DNA of 64,000 nucleotides from Bacteroidia bacterium (GTDB lineage Bacteria; Bacteroidota; Bacteroidia; Bacteroidales; JAPLDU01). Below the pieces are notes generated by a model, which was not told where the DNA came from, made no database searches, and worked only from the letters and a program-made list of their open reading frames with translations. Positions 1 through 8,648 of this stretch are shown piece after piece. A program made the position numbers and the translations under genes. Every line of letters starts with the position of its first letter. Positions within the stretch are counted from its first letter, which is position 1. The stretch covers positions 367 through 64,366 of the forward strand of contig JAPLDU010000069.1 of NCBI GenBank assembly GCA_026391255.1. The letters run 5' to 3'.

Positions 1-2373
1 AATATTACTGTTAAAAAGGGTGCAGGGTTAATTGTAGATGGTGGATTATTAAAAAATGCTACCGGTTGCTACAATGAGCCCTGGCAAGGTATAATTGTTG
101 AAGGTGACGCTAATGGATTACAAGATGTTCAAGGGTACGTGCAGTTAACTAATGGAGCAATTATCGAAAATGCAATAACTGGGATAAGTTCACCTAATGG
201 GGGGATCGTTAAAATTTATAATAGTACAATCCTTAATTGCAGGACGGGTGTAGAAATATTGAATTATCCTAACCATATCAATTTTGGTGAAATAACCGGT
301 AGCACTTTTACTACTGATGATTCATGGATTGATAATCAATTATATCCAAATCCAATTGCTTTTATAAAGCTTGATAATGTCAAATATGTAAAAATCTGGG
401 GTAATACTTTTCAGAATTTACGACCAATTGTAGAGTCGGACTATATTGGACGTGGCATCGGAATTGAATGTAATGATGCAAAATGTTCGGTATATTCAAA
501 TAACTCTGAGCAGGACAACTTATTTTATCATTTGCGTTATGGAATATACGCAGTTTCGACTCATGTTACTAATTATTTAATGATAGAAAATGCCCAATTT
601 GACAATAATTTTCGGGGGATTTATTTATGTGGCATGAATCTGGCTAAGGTAAATAAAAATATTTTTACTATACCGACTGCAGGTAAGGATAATTACTGTG
701 TTGGTCATATTTGTTATGGGCATTCTTACGGCTTGAGTCTCGAAAGATGCAGCGGTTACCAGGTAGAAGAAAATAATTTCACAACTGACAATGAACATTT
801 TTATACAGTGGGGTTAATAGTGAAAAATTCAGGAATAGAACCAAATCTTATATATAAAAATAACTTTACGGATTTGACATTTGGTGCAATAGCACAATAT
901 AATAACAGGGCATATGATGGAGATGTACATCCAGGTTTAGAGTTTAAATGTAATAATTTTAGCGGCAGTCTTTATTATGATATTGCAATTGCCGGGGACA
1001 ACGGAATCGCTGAATTTCAGGGAAACACGAATGAATCAGCAGAAAACACATTTAGCCATCCTTGTGGAAATAATTTCTATGATCTATATAATGAATCGGA
1101 TTATTTATTATATTTTTGGACAAATGATGAACCGTTGTGTTATTATAAACTCAACCCGCCGCCTACTACAATATATTTGTTTTATAATGCTGATAATAAA
1201 AATGCCTGTGCATCTCATTTAATTGGTGGTCATGACCCCGAACTAAAGAAATCAGAAATGGCGGCTAAAACTGATTCAATTAATTACATAAAAAATGAGA
1301 TAGATATTGTTGAAGATGGTGGAAATACTCAAGAACTTGAATTAGAGGTGAGCACAGCCATGCCATGTGAAGCATTAGATATGCGGGATGAATTGATCGA
1401 TAAATCTCCGTATTTGTCTGATTCGGTTATGGTTTCATCAATAATTAATGAAAGCACTTTCCCGGCTGTGATGCTTCGGGATGTATTGATTGCAAATCCA
1501 CAATCTGCAAAGTCTGATACAATAACTAAAAGTCTTGATGCAAGAACAAATCAATTACCCGGTTATATGCGTGAACAGATTGATGAGGGCAAATTTGTGC
1601 TTTCACCCTTGGAAATTATGAAAAACCGAATAGATGCAAACATAAATACACGACAGAGATTGCTAAATGAAGTATTAAATTATTATCTTAATGATACTTT
1701 ATCAGCATCTGCTGATAGTGTTGTGGCAATACTTAACAGGGAAAAATCACCTGAAAGCAAGCTTTTTCTTGCCTCTTTATACATTGACCGTCACGATCCT
1801 GAATCGACACTGCAATTACTTAATGATATCCCAAATATTTGCCAGATGAATTCAAGCCAGATGATAGAATATATAAGAATGAAGGAATTACTTACAATCC
1901 AAGCAGAACTGATGCAGGATTCATTGACATATTATAATATGGATTCAATTCAAGAAAGTACTATCCGAACTCTTGCTGGCGATTGTAAATATACTGCAGG
2001 TACATTAGCTCGAAATATTGTTTATCTTATTGATTCTGTTAATTATGAAGAATCAGTACTTATGCCCAACCCTCAGAATCAGAATAAAAGCTATTATAAT
2101 AAATCCATTGAAGGTAATGCAAAGCTTGAGGTATTTCCAAATCCTGCATTAAAGTATTTCATTGTTGATTACAGCATTCCAACAGATATTTTTCAAAGTG
2201 CACAACTTTCAATCACAGATGCTTCCGGGAAAGTCGTTATTCAGCGAGTCCTATTAGAGAAGGAAAATCAAATATTTTTTGAAACAGGTTCATTAAGTTC
2301 AAAAGAATATCAATGTAGTCTATATTGTGGAAATAAATTAGTAGCTTCTAAAAAGTTCGTAGTAGTTAAGTAA
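1..2373 (+). CDS. 5'-truncated secreted protein with right-handed beta-helix-like repeats and a C-terminal T9SS (Por) sorting domain
   Basis: Frame is open from base 1, so the GTG at 139 is not the true start; Asn/Gly/Ile-rich parallel beta-helix-like repeats; C-terminus LEVFPNPA...ITDASGKVV...KKFVVVK is typical of type A T9SS CTDs. Confidence 0.75.
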   Translation, partial: NITVKKGAGLIVDGGLLKNATGCYNEPWQGIIVEGDANGLQDVQGYVQLTNGAIIENAITGISSPNGGIVKIYNSTILNCRTGVEILNYPNHINFGEITGSTFTTDDSWIDNQLYPNPIAFIKLDNVKYVKIWGNTFQNLRPIVESDYIGRGIGIECNDAKCSVYSNNSEQDNLFYHLRYGIYAVSTHVTNYLMIENAQFDNNFRGIYLCGMNLAKVNKNIFTIPTAGKDNYCVGHICYGHSYGLSLERCSGYQVEENNFTTDNEHFYTVGLIVKNSGIEPNLIYKNNFTDLTFGAIAQYNNRAYDGDVHPGLEFKCNNFSGSLYYDIAIAGDNGIAEFQGNTNESAENTFSHPCGNNFYDLYNESDYLLYFWTNDEPLCYYKLNPPPTTIYLFYNADNKNACASHLIGGHDPELKKSEMAAKTDSINYIKNEIDIVEDGGNTQELELEVSTAMPCEALDMRDELIDKSPYLSDSVMVSSIINESTFPAVMLRDVLIANPQSAKSDTITKSLDARTNQLPGYMREQIDEGKFVLSPLEIMKNRIDANINTRQRLLNEVLNYYLNDTLSASADSVVAILNREKSPESKLFLASLYIDRHDPESTLQLLNDIPNICQMNSSQMIEYIRMKELLTIQAELMQDSLTYYNMDSIQESTIRTLAGDCKYTAGTLARNIVYLIDSVNYEESVLMPNPQNQNKSYYNKSIEGNAKLEVFPNPALKYFIVDYSIPTDIFQSAQLSITDASGKVVIQRVLLEKENQIFFETGSLSSKEYQCSLYCGNKLVASKKFVVVK

Positions 2374-2458
2374 TACATTAGCATAACTGTCATAAAATTA
2401 TAAATATGACATTTTATAGTTGACATTTTCTAAACTGGTAATTTTATACTTAACATTG

Positions 2459-2504
2459 TCTTGTCCTGAAAAATTTATACGTATAAATAATTTTCAGGGC
2501 AAGA
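2459..2504. terminator. Imperfect hairpin between convergent genes (possible bidirectional terminator)
   Basis: TCTTGTCCTGAAAA...TTTTCAGGGCAAGA arms around palindromic ATTTATACGTATAAAT. Confidence 0.5.
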
Positions 2505-2577
2505 CTTTTCATTTGCCAACCTTATAAATGCATTCATAATATATCTTGCTTATCTATATATGAAAATAAAGTGCAGA

Positions 2578-2979
2578 TCAAAAATAATGAATATTACAAG
2601 AACCTCCAATCCCAAATCTCCCATACCCCTTAGCTTTCTTATCAGCCACTTCGACGATTATATCTACCTCATGGGCATTCACATTTTTGCCCCGGAAGTA
2701 ACCGTCTTTAGTGGTATGATAAATGAAAATAAATGATGTACTTGGATTGTCCTGGCGGAGTTGGCGGAGATTGTCCAGGTCGAAACAAGCACGGGAAACG
2801 CTGTCAATGAAGACATAATCATAAGCTGAAAGATTGTCCGGGATTTCTTCTGAAACGTACAGGTTTGGGTCAATTGCCCGAAGACCTTCCACTTTTTCCT
2901 TCAGGGTGTAGCCGAATTTTTCTTCAATGGCAAAGTAGAGAACTTTTCCGTGATGTTTTGCCTGGTGTTTGGCAAAAGT
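2578..2979 (-). pseudogene. 3' fragment of a paralogue of the element's RecA-like ATPase (lacks Walker A)
   Basis: ~2615-2979 aligns at constant offset 4054 with ~6669-7033; shared peptide GKVLYxAIEEKFGYTLKEKVE...FIDSVSRA...FIFIYHTTK; homology stops abruptly at ~2979. Confidence 0.85.
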
Positions 2980-3094
2980 GATTATTCCGGACAAATTGTA
3001 CCACCCTTTCCATAGCAAAGTGCACCAAATGGTCAATTTAGATACCTGTACTTGGCTGGACGCCAACTCTTTGGCCGTTTATCGCAAATGTAGG

Positions 3095-4003
3095 TTAAGT
3101 CGTCATGTTTGGTTTTGCATTAGTAATCTCCTCAACACAATTTGGCGGTCTTTCACTATTGAACTGCATTAAAAACTCACAAACCTTGCTGCCATCATGG
3201 CCTTGTCCATATTGAGGCACAGCGAATCGAAGGGTTCTATCGTTTTCATCATATTCGAAAAGAAGTACGGAATCTATTAAAACAACATCCCTAATTTGAC
3301 CTTGGTCAACTGTGAGATATTGAGCCAATGTCTGTACGCTCACCAAAAAAGTTCGTGTGTTTCCAGCGGCATTCCAATATTTACCACCGTACGATGGATC
3401 GTCAATTTCTTTTCTAAATATAGCTAAATCATCAAGAACGAAAATGCGTACTTTGTGGACAGAGTCAGCATTTCCGAGCGTATGTAGCAGATCCATTCCA
3501 CCAACATTTGTGATAAACCAACTTACTGATTTTCGCTGTATAGTGACGTAACATTTTGCTCTGTCTAGTGCGGTTTTGAGGTGATTTAAATATCGTGACG
3601 GTGAAACTTTGGCAAGTAAAAATAATTGATCGTCTTCAATACTTGCTGCAATAAGATTTGAAATTGTCTCTTTATGGTCTTTTGCTAGCTTGGTCATCTG
3701 GACAATCCTGCTACTTAGCAGAAGTTCTTGTCTGACCTCAACAAGGGCTTGTTCAGCATTAACTAACTTCTCAATTTGAGTCTTAGTTTCTCGAAGTTTG
3801 CTCGAATGGTCTAATAGTACATGCAGTACCACGGCTAACACAAGCGCAAGGAAGAAGTTAGACCACAGTTCAATTACCATAGCATGCGATGAACTTGCTG
3901 CGACGTGGAAAAAGACGTTCACACATAGGATGGCGAAAGCAGGCAAGTATCCTATCAATTTTATTATGCCACTGGGTTGCTGATTATCGTTATTAGTGTT
4001 CAT
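3095..4003 (-). CDS. Cargo membrane protein: two N-terminal TM helices, coiled coil, uncharacterised soluble domain
   Basis: Hydrophobic segments LIGYLPAFAILCVNVFFHV and FFLALVLAVVLHVLL; 302-aa ORF. Confidence 0.6.
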   Translation of the reverse strand: MNTNNDNQQPSGIIKLIGYLPAFAILCVNVFFHVAASSSHAMVIELWSNFFLALVLAVVLHVLLDHSSKLRETKTQIEKLVNAEQALVEVRQELLLSSRIVQMTKLAKDHKETISNLIAASIEDDQLFLLAKVSPSRYLNHLKTALDRAKCYVTIQRKSVSWFITNVGGMDLLHTLGNADSVHKVRIFVLDDLAIFRKEIDDPSYGGKYWNAAGNTRTFLVSVQTLAQYLTVDQGQIRDVVLIDSVLLFEYDENDRTLRFAVPQYGQGHDGSKVCEFLMQFNSERPPNCVEEITNAKPNMTT

Positions 4004-4444
4004 TTATTTCTCCTCTCTTATGATTTAAATTATTAAAGTTTTGATAATGCATTCTAAAGTCTTACGGTAACGTGGTAGTCATAGAATGAGTATAATTGGA
4101 TGTCATTAAAATAAATTTCACTTTTAGCAAAAATGTATTAATTTAATAATTACAAAGTAAACAAATTTTTATAAAAAATAAAAGCAAAATTTTATGCAAT
4201 TTTTTTTGCACCCCTTTAATGAATTTTCCTTGAATTAAATTATACCGGTCACAGTGGTATAGCATTAAAATCGGCAACAATACATAATAGCGGACTCAAT
4301 TGAAGTTATACAACAAGCTAACAGTATTATTCATTGCTGGGAACCTGTAAAATTAATATTGTTGAAACCTTGGCTTGGCTCATTGTTATCCTTATCAGAC
4401 TACCCGACAACATCGGATATTGAATAAGCATAGATTTTGTATGG

Positions 4445-6424
4445 CTATTCTATACCTAACTTTTTGAAAAATATTTTGTTACGCATTTTTGCATCATCGA
4501 TTAGTTTTCTGTAACTTATAACTTCAATATATGCATTAAAACCACTACTAAAACCGAAGTATCCTTCTCCATCTGGACTAATTGTCAAAGAAAATCCTTT
4601 TGCAAATTCATGAATTTTATCGGCAATATCACTGACAACATAAATAAATACAGGAGTTTCGTTGGAAACTTTTATAGGTTCAAGTCCATCGGGCATTTCG
4701 TACATTCCTAATCTAATTTTTTCTGCATATCTACAAGCCTGCATTATTGGATTTTCGTTGTCAGGGTAATTTGTGCGTTTAGGTCTTTTAAATTCAAATA
4801 TCGTTAAAGGACTTGTTGTGATATTTTCGCCGTGACGATAAATACATATTTCTTCGTTAAATACGATTAAATCGGGTTCTATGGTTTCTGATTTTGAAAT
4901 TATCTTGTCTGAAGCGACATACTGAGAAAATACCAATCTTTCATCGAGCAACCATAAATTGTGATCTTCATAATCCAAATTTTCAGTTGTCCGCCCCATT
5001 GGGAAAATCAAATTATGCAATTCAGATTCTAAATGAGCCTTATTATCTATTTCTCTCCGTTTCCTTAATTCATCAAAAGTATCAATAATTAATTTTCTAT
5101 TGCAAACATAATGAGCTAAATCGTTTTTGCCATTTTGGGAAACGGTAGATATTATTTGTTTAAATTTTTCGTCAGTTGTATCTTTTTCATTGGCAATAAT
5201 TTCTTTAATTTCCATGTGAGTTTCTTGTTCCTTTTTGAATTTTAATTTTTGAAACTCCATTTCAATTTTCTCATCAGACAAATTTGTTGGCAAATTTGTA
5301 AAATCAAAATTATTTAAATAAATTCTGTGCCACGGTGCTTGTTTAATTACATAATTCTTTACTTTTTCTGTTTTCTTTTCAAAACGAGAAGTGACATCTT
5401 CTTCGAAAAAAGACCTTACAACATTTGCAACTTCTTTTTCAATTTCAGCCAGCCCCAAGGGATATAATCTATCACCTACATCCTTTGCAAAGTCAAAAGA
5501 TTCTCTTTCCAAAGAAACATTATTGTTCAAGTATTCACCTAATACATAAGATTTTATGATATAATTTTTCTTTACATCATTTGTAATGTCATAGAATTCA
5601 TCTTGAAATTCAGGAATATAAGTTTGCAATGTAGTTTCCGTTACTTCTCTATTATGTGCTGCCAAAACTACTTTGCTTGATAACGGAGAAAAATATATTT
5701 TATAAACTTTTACGGTAAAAGGAAACTCCAAATTATCTATAGTACTTTTAACAAAAATTAGTTTTTCTCCAACTTTTGAAATTGAATTGTTGTCGTTAAT
5801 AAAGTCATTAAGAATAATTGATGCTGACTTGTCGCTTTCACGTAAAGTAATTTGAGGAACATTTAATGTAGTGTTAACAAAAAAGACTAATAGTTTTTCC
5901 ACAAGTTTTCGTGCAATAACATCAAGACCTTTATCTAATTGTTCTTTATCAATAATATTTTTCAATATCAATTTTGTGCCAGTATAATTTTCTGTTGCAT
6001 TGCCTTCTTCTTTATCAACAATAATTTCGTCGTGTTTTCCAAATCGAAAATTTCGGAATTTATAGTTGTTTCCTTCCTTGTACTGACTTTTAATTATTAC
6101 ATCATTGAAATATTTCAAATAAATAAAGCGACCAAAACCCTTCCCCCCCGTTTCAAGTTTTATTTCACTTAAATATGTATCAAAAGAATCTGTATTTTCC
6201 TGTGTAAATCCTACGCCATTATCATTAACCTCAATATTAATGATATACGGTTTCGCATTGTCAAATTCAAGCACATTTTCACGATAAACAATAATATCTA
6301 TCTTGCCATTTGGGTTATTTCCAATGGCATCAATAGAGTTAACAACTGCCTCAACGATAGGCGAATAAACATTAGATTTACTCTTTATGTTTTTAACTAT
6401 ACCTAAAATGTTTATCTTGCTCAT
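4445..6424 (-). CDS. GHKL (Hsp90/MORC-like) ATPase with putative C-terminal PD-(D/E)xK nuclease domain
   Basis: EAVVNSIDA, DNGVGF, GGKGFGR and GT GHKL boxes; C-terminal EPDL...IFEFKRP. Confidence 0.7.
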   Translation of the reverse strand: MSKINILGIVKNIKSKSNVYSPIVEAVVNSIDAIGNNPNGKIDIIVYRENVLEFDNAKPYIINIEVNDNGVGFTQENTDSFDTYLSEIKLETGGKGFGRFIYLKYFNDVIIKSQYKEGNNYKFRNFRFGKHDEIIVDKEEGNATENYTGTKLILKNIIDKEQLDKGLDVIARKLVEKLLVFFVNTTLNVPQITLRESDKSASIILNDFINDNNSISKVGEKLIFVKSTIDNLEFPFTVKVYKIYFSPLSSKVVLAAHNREVTETTLQTYIPEFQDEFYDITNDVKKNYIIKSYVLGEYLNNNVSLERESFDFAKDVGDRLYPLGLAEIEKEVANVVRSFFEEDVTSRFEKKTEKVKNYVIKQAPWHRIYLNNFDFTNLPTNLSDEKIEMEFQKLKFKKEQETHMEIKEIIANEKDTTDEKFKQIISTVSQNGKNDLAHYVCNRKLIIDTFDELRKRREIDNKAHLESELHNLIFPMGRTTENLDYEDHNLWLLDERLVFSQYVASDKIISKSETIEPDLIVFNEEICIYRHGENITTSPLTIFEFKRPKRTNYPDNENPIMQACRYAEKIRLGMYEMPDGLEPIKVSNETPVFIYVVSDIADKIHEFAKGFSLTISPDGEGYFGFSSGFNAYIEVISYRKLIDDAKMRNKIFFKKLGIE

Positions 6425-6593
6425 AATGAACCAATCTTATTGCTTTGTAAAATTGCTTTCTGGTTACACGAATGTCATAGGTAGATATCTTCTTTCGTTG
6501 AAATTTTTCTAATTTTTAGATAAAAATATTTCAAAAAGGTAAAATTTATTTATTAAAAAATATTAATCATTTCTCCATTTTCAAAATTATAAA

Positions 6594-6601
6594 CAAAGAT
6601 A
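6594..6601 (-). promoter_or_regulatory. Bacteroidota -7 promoter box upstream of the GHKL cargo gene
   Basis: TATCTTTG on the minus strand matches TAnnTTTG, just downstream of the ATPase stop. Confidence 0.4.
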
Positions 6602-6637
6602 TAGATTACTTTTTAAATATATATTTAAAAATGTACA

Positions 6638-7198
6638 TTAAAATATTTCCATTTCTCCAAATGATGCAAACCTCCCATTTCCCTTAGCCATCCCATCAGC
6701 CACCTCTATGATAACGTCCACCTCATGGGCATTCTCGTTTTTGCCCCGGAAGTTACCTTCTTTGGTGGTGTGGTAAATGAAGATAAATGATGTTCGGGGA
6801 TTGTCCTGGCGAAGCTGGCGGAGATAGTCCAGGTCGAAGCCGGCACGGGAAACGCTGTCAATGAATACGAAGTCGTATGCTGATAGGTTGTACGGGACTG
6901 CTTCTGAAACATACAGGTTAGGGTCAATTGCCCTGAGCCGTTCCACTTTTTCCTTCAGGGTGTAACCGAACTTTTCTTCAATGGCACAGTAGAGAACTTT
7001 TCCATGATATTTGGCGAGGTGCTTTGCAAAGTCAATGCAGAGGGTAGATTTGCCGGATTTGGGAAGTCCATAAACCATTGCTGAAAACCCAACGCAGGGA
7101 TCACCGATCAGTTCCCGGTATTTTCCCTGGAGACCGATGGTTTCAAATTGCATCTGGGCAAGACGGGTACTGGAAATAACGCCGGAATCTGCTTTCAC
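6638..7198 (-). CDS. RecA-superfamily (Sms/RadA/KaiC-like) P-loop ATPase; probably the C-terminal part of a -1 frameshift fusion with 7195..8169
   Basis: Walker A GLPKSGKST, Walker B FVFIDS, HTTKEG..RG...AHEVD; weak GTG start; frame is open back to the A9 run at 7237-7245. Confidence 0.8.
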   Translation of the reverse strand: MKADSGVISSTRLAQMQFETIGLQGKYRELIGDPCVGFSAMVYGLPKSGKSTLCIDFAKHLAKYHGKVLYCAIEEKFGYTLKEKVERLRAIDPNLYVSEAVPYNLSAYDFVFIDSVSRAGFDLDYLRQLRQDNPRTSFIFIYHTTKEGNFRGKNENAHEVDVIIEVADGMAKGNGRFASFGEMEIF

Positions 7199-8169
7199 AG
7201 CAGTTTTATCCGTCTGATTTTTGCTACTGGCCGGACTTTTTTTTTACTACCGGCTTTGGCAATCCCCATCAGTCCGTTTAGTTCTGATTTGCTGATCTGT
7301 GGTGATTTGGTTTTTTCAGTCAGGTAATCATTCAGGGCATTGTAGATCAGGTTCAGCTTGTCAGCATAAGGATCATTCTTGATGATCTTCATGTTCTTAA
7401 CTGCTTTGGTAAGCTTGTCAAATAAAACTTTTGCCTTTTCCTTTACCCCGCTTTTACCATGCAGGCTGATATACTGTTTGATGTAGGTTACCGATAACAT
7501 GGTTTTTTCGCTGTAGGCAATCTCATGATACTTAGCCAGGGTGTCTTTGTCAATGGATATTGCAATACTATCACCCATCTTCTGATAACAGGATATAAGC
7601 TGGTCCTGTATGTTCTCAATTTCTTTGGCATACGGGGAGGTCTTCCGGATTCGTTTTTCCAGGATGGCTTTTTGCAGGGTGTTGATAAAAGACAGAATTT
7701 CTTTCTGTGTCCTGGTCTTGCCGTCAAGCAAAACATAACGCCTGATAAAAGCAATCTCAGGTTTTATCTTTTCCACCTTTTCAGCAGTATCCTGTTTCTT
7801 TGCCTTCTTTGCCTTTGGCTGTTTCTTTGGCCTGGCAGGTTTTGAAACTTTTGGTTTCTTTTCCTTTTTCTCAGCCTTCACATTCTTTTCAGGTTTTGCT
7901 TTCGGTTGCCGGCTTTTTTGTTTCGGCTTTTTAACTACCGGTGCAGGAACTTCGCTTTCTTTTTCCGGTTTTACTTCGTTCTTTTCAAGATAGTCATCTA
8001 ATTTTTCCATGTAGGAATCCACCACTCTGCGGATGTTTTCGTTGGAATGATATGCCGACCAGTTGTTTTGTGAAGCTCCTTGTACCAGTTTGTTCCCGTT
8101 TTTCAATGCTTCCGGTAAATCAGAAAAATTGATGCTTCGGGTAACTTCAAAATAATTACTTGTATTCAT
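7195..8169 (-). CDS. Basic, Lys/Pro-rich linker protein of unknown function
   Basis: 324-aa ORF with ATG start, K/P/E-rich central linker, overlaps the ATPase ORF by GTGA. Confidence 0.7.
   Translation of the reverse strand: MNTSNYFEVTRSINFSDLPEALKNGNKLVQGASQNNWSAYHSNENIRRVVDSYMEKLDDYLEKNEVKPEKESEVPAPVVKKPKQKSRQPKAKPEKNVKAEKKEKKPKVSKPARPKKQPKAKKAKKQDTAEKVEKIKPEIAFIRRYVLLDGKTRTQKEILSFINTLQKAILEKRIRKTSPYAKEIENIQDQLISCYQKMGDSIAISIDKDTLAKYHEIAYSEKTMLSVTYIKQYISLHGKSGVKEKAKVLFDKLTKAVKNMKIIKNDPYADKLNLIYNALNDYLTEKTKSPQISKSELNGLMGIAKAGSKKKVRPVAKIRRIKLL
7237..7245 (-). other. A9 slippery run 1 (candidate -1 frameshift or transcriptional slippage site)
   Basis: AGT AAA AAA AAA GTC; the -1 frame reads KKSPASSKNQTDKTAVKADSG... 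into the ATPase and is closed by TAA immediately before the run. Confidence 0.7.
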
Positions 8170-8204
8170 GATGTTTAGAGTTATGAATTATGAGTTATGA
8201 TTTA

Positions 8205-8648
8205 TTAATTGAGTTGTAATAGTTCAAGTTCCAATTCGAGGGCAAGGGCTTCGAGTTCCAGTTCACTGAAATTTTGATTGTAAGATTCAGGTTTGTTCTC
8301 AGCTTCCGGTAGCATGTGTCCGCCTTGGTTGATCATGTCTTCTGCTTTATAAGCCAGCAGGTAATTGAGCTTTGCAAATTCAGTTGCCCTGTCCTCTGAG
8401 GTTTTGCCTTCCACCTGGAGGGCGGATTTCTTTTCCTCGATCTCACGGGTAAGCGACTGCCAGCGTGGAGACCTGTTGTCCCCTTTGTACAGTTCCGATT
8501 TCTTTTGGACAGCTTCTTTGTCCAAGTTGTACGATTCGAGAACCTGCGAAAGGTCACTGTCAATGGAGCATCCTTTTGGTTTCAGGATGGTGCGCTCTGT
8601 CTTTCTTACCTTTGATACATATTCCTTAAAATAGCCGATGTACCACCT
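8205..8648 (-). other. In-frame continuation of the helicase ORF beyond an amber codon (C-terminal ~147 aa)
   Basis: After TAG at 8649-8651 the same frame reads RWYIGYFKEYVSKVRKTERTILKPKGCSIDSDLSQVLESYNLDKEAVQ... to the stop at 8205 with no further stop. Confidence 0.7.

Noticed and set aside
1-2577. attL (duplicate of the tRNA-Ser 3' end) for element 1
   Set aside because: No GCGGAGAGGG-like repeat found; the boundary is outside the window or lost
4004-4444. attC-like sites around the left cargo genes
   Set aside because: GTT/AAC cores exist, but I found no convincing bulged inverted repeat or matched cassette cores
2615-7033. Diverged duplicate as a diversity-generating retroelement TR/VR pair
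   Set aside because: Differences are not adenine-specific and no reverse transcriptase is present
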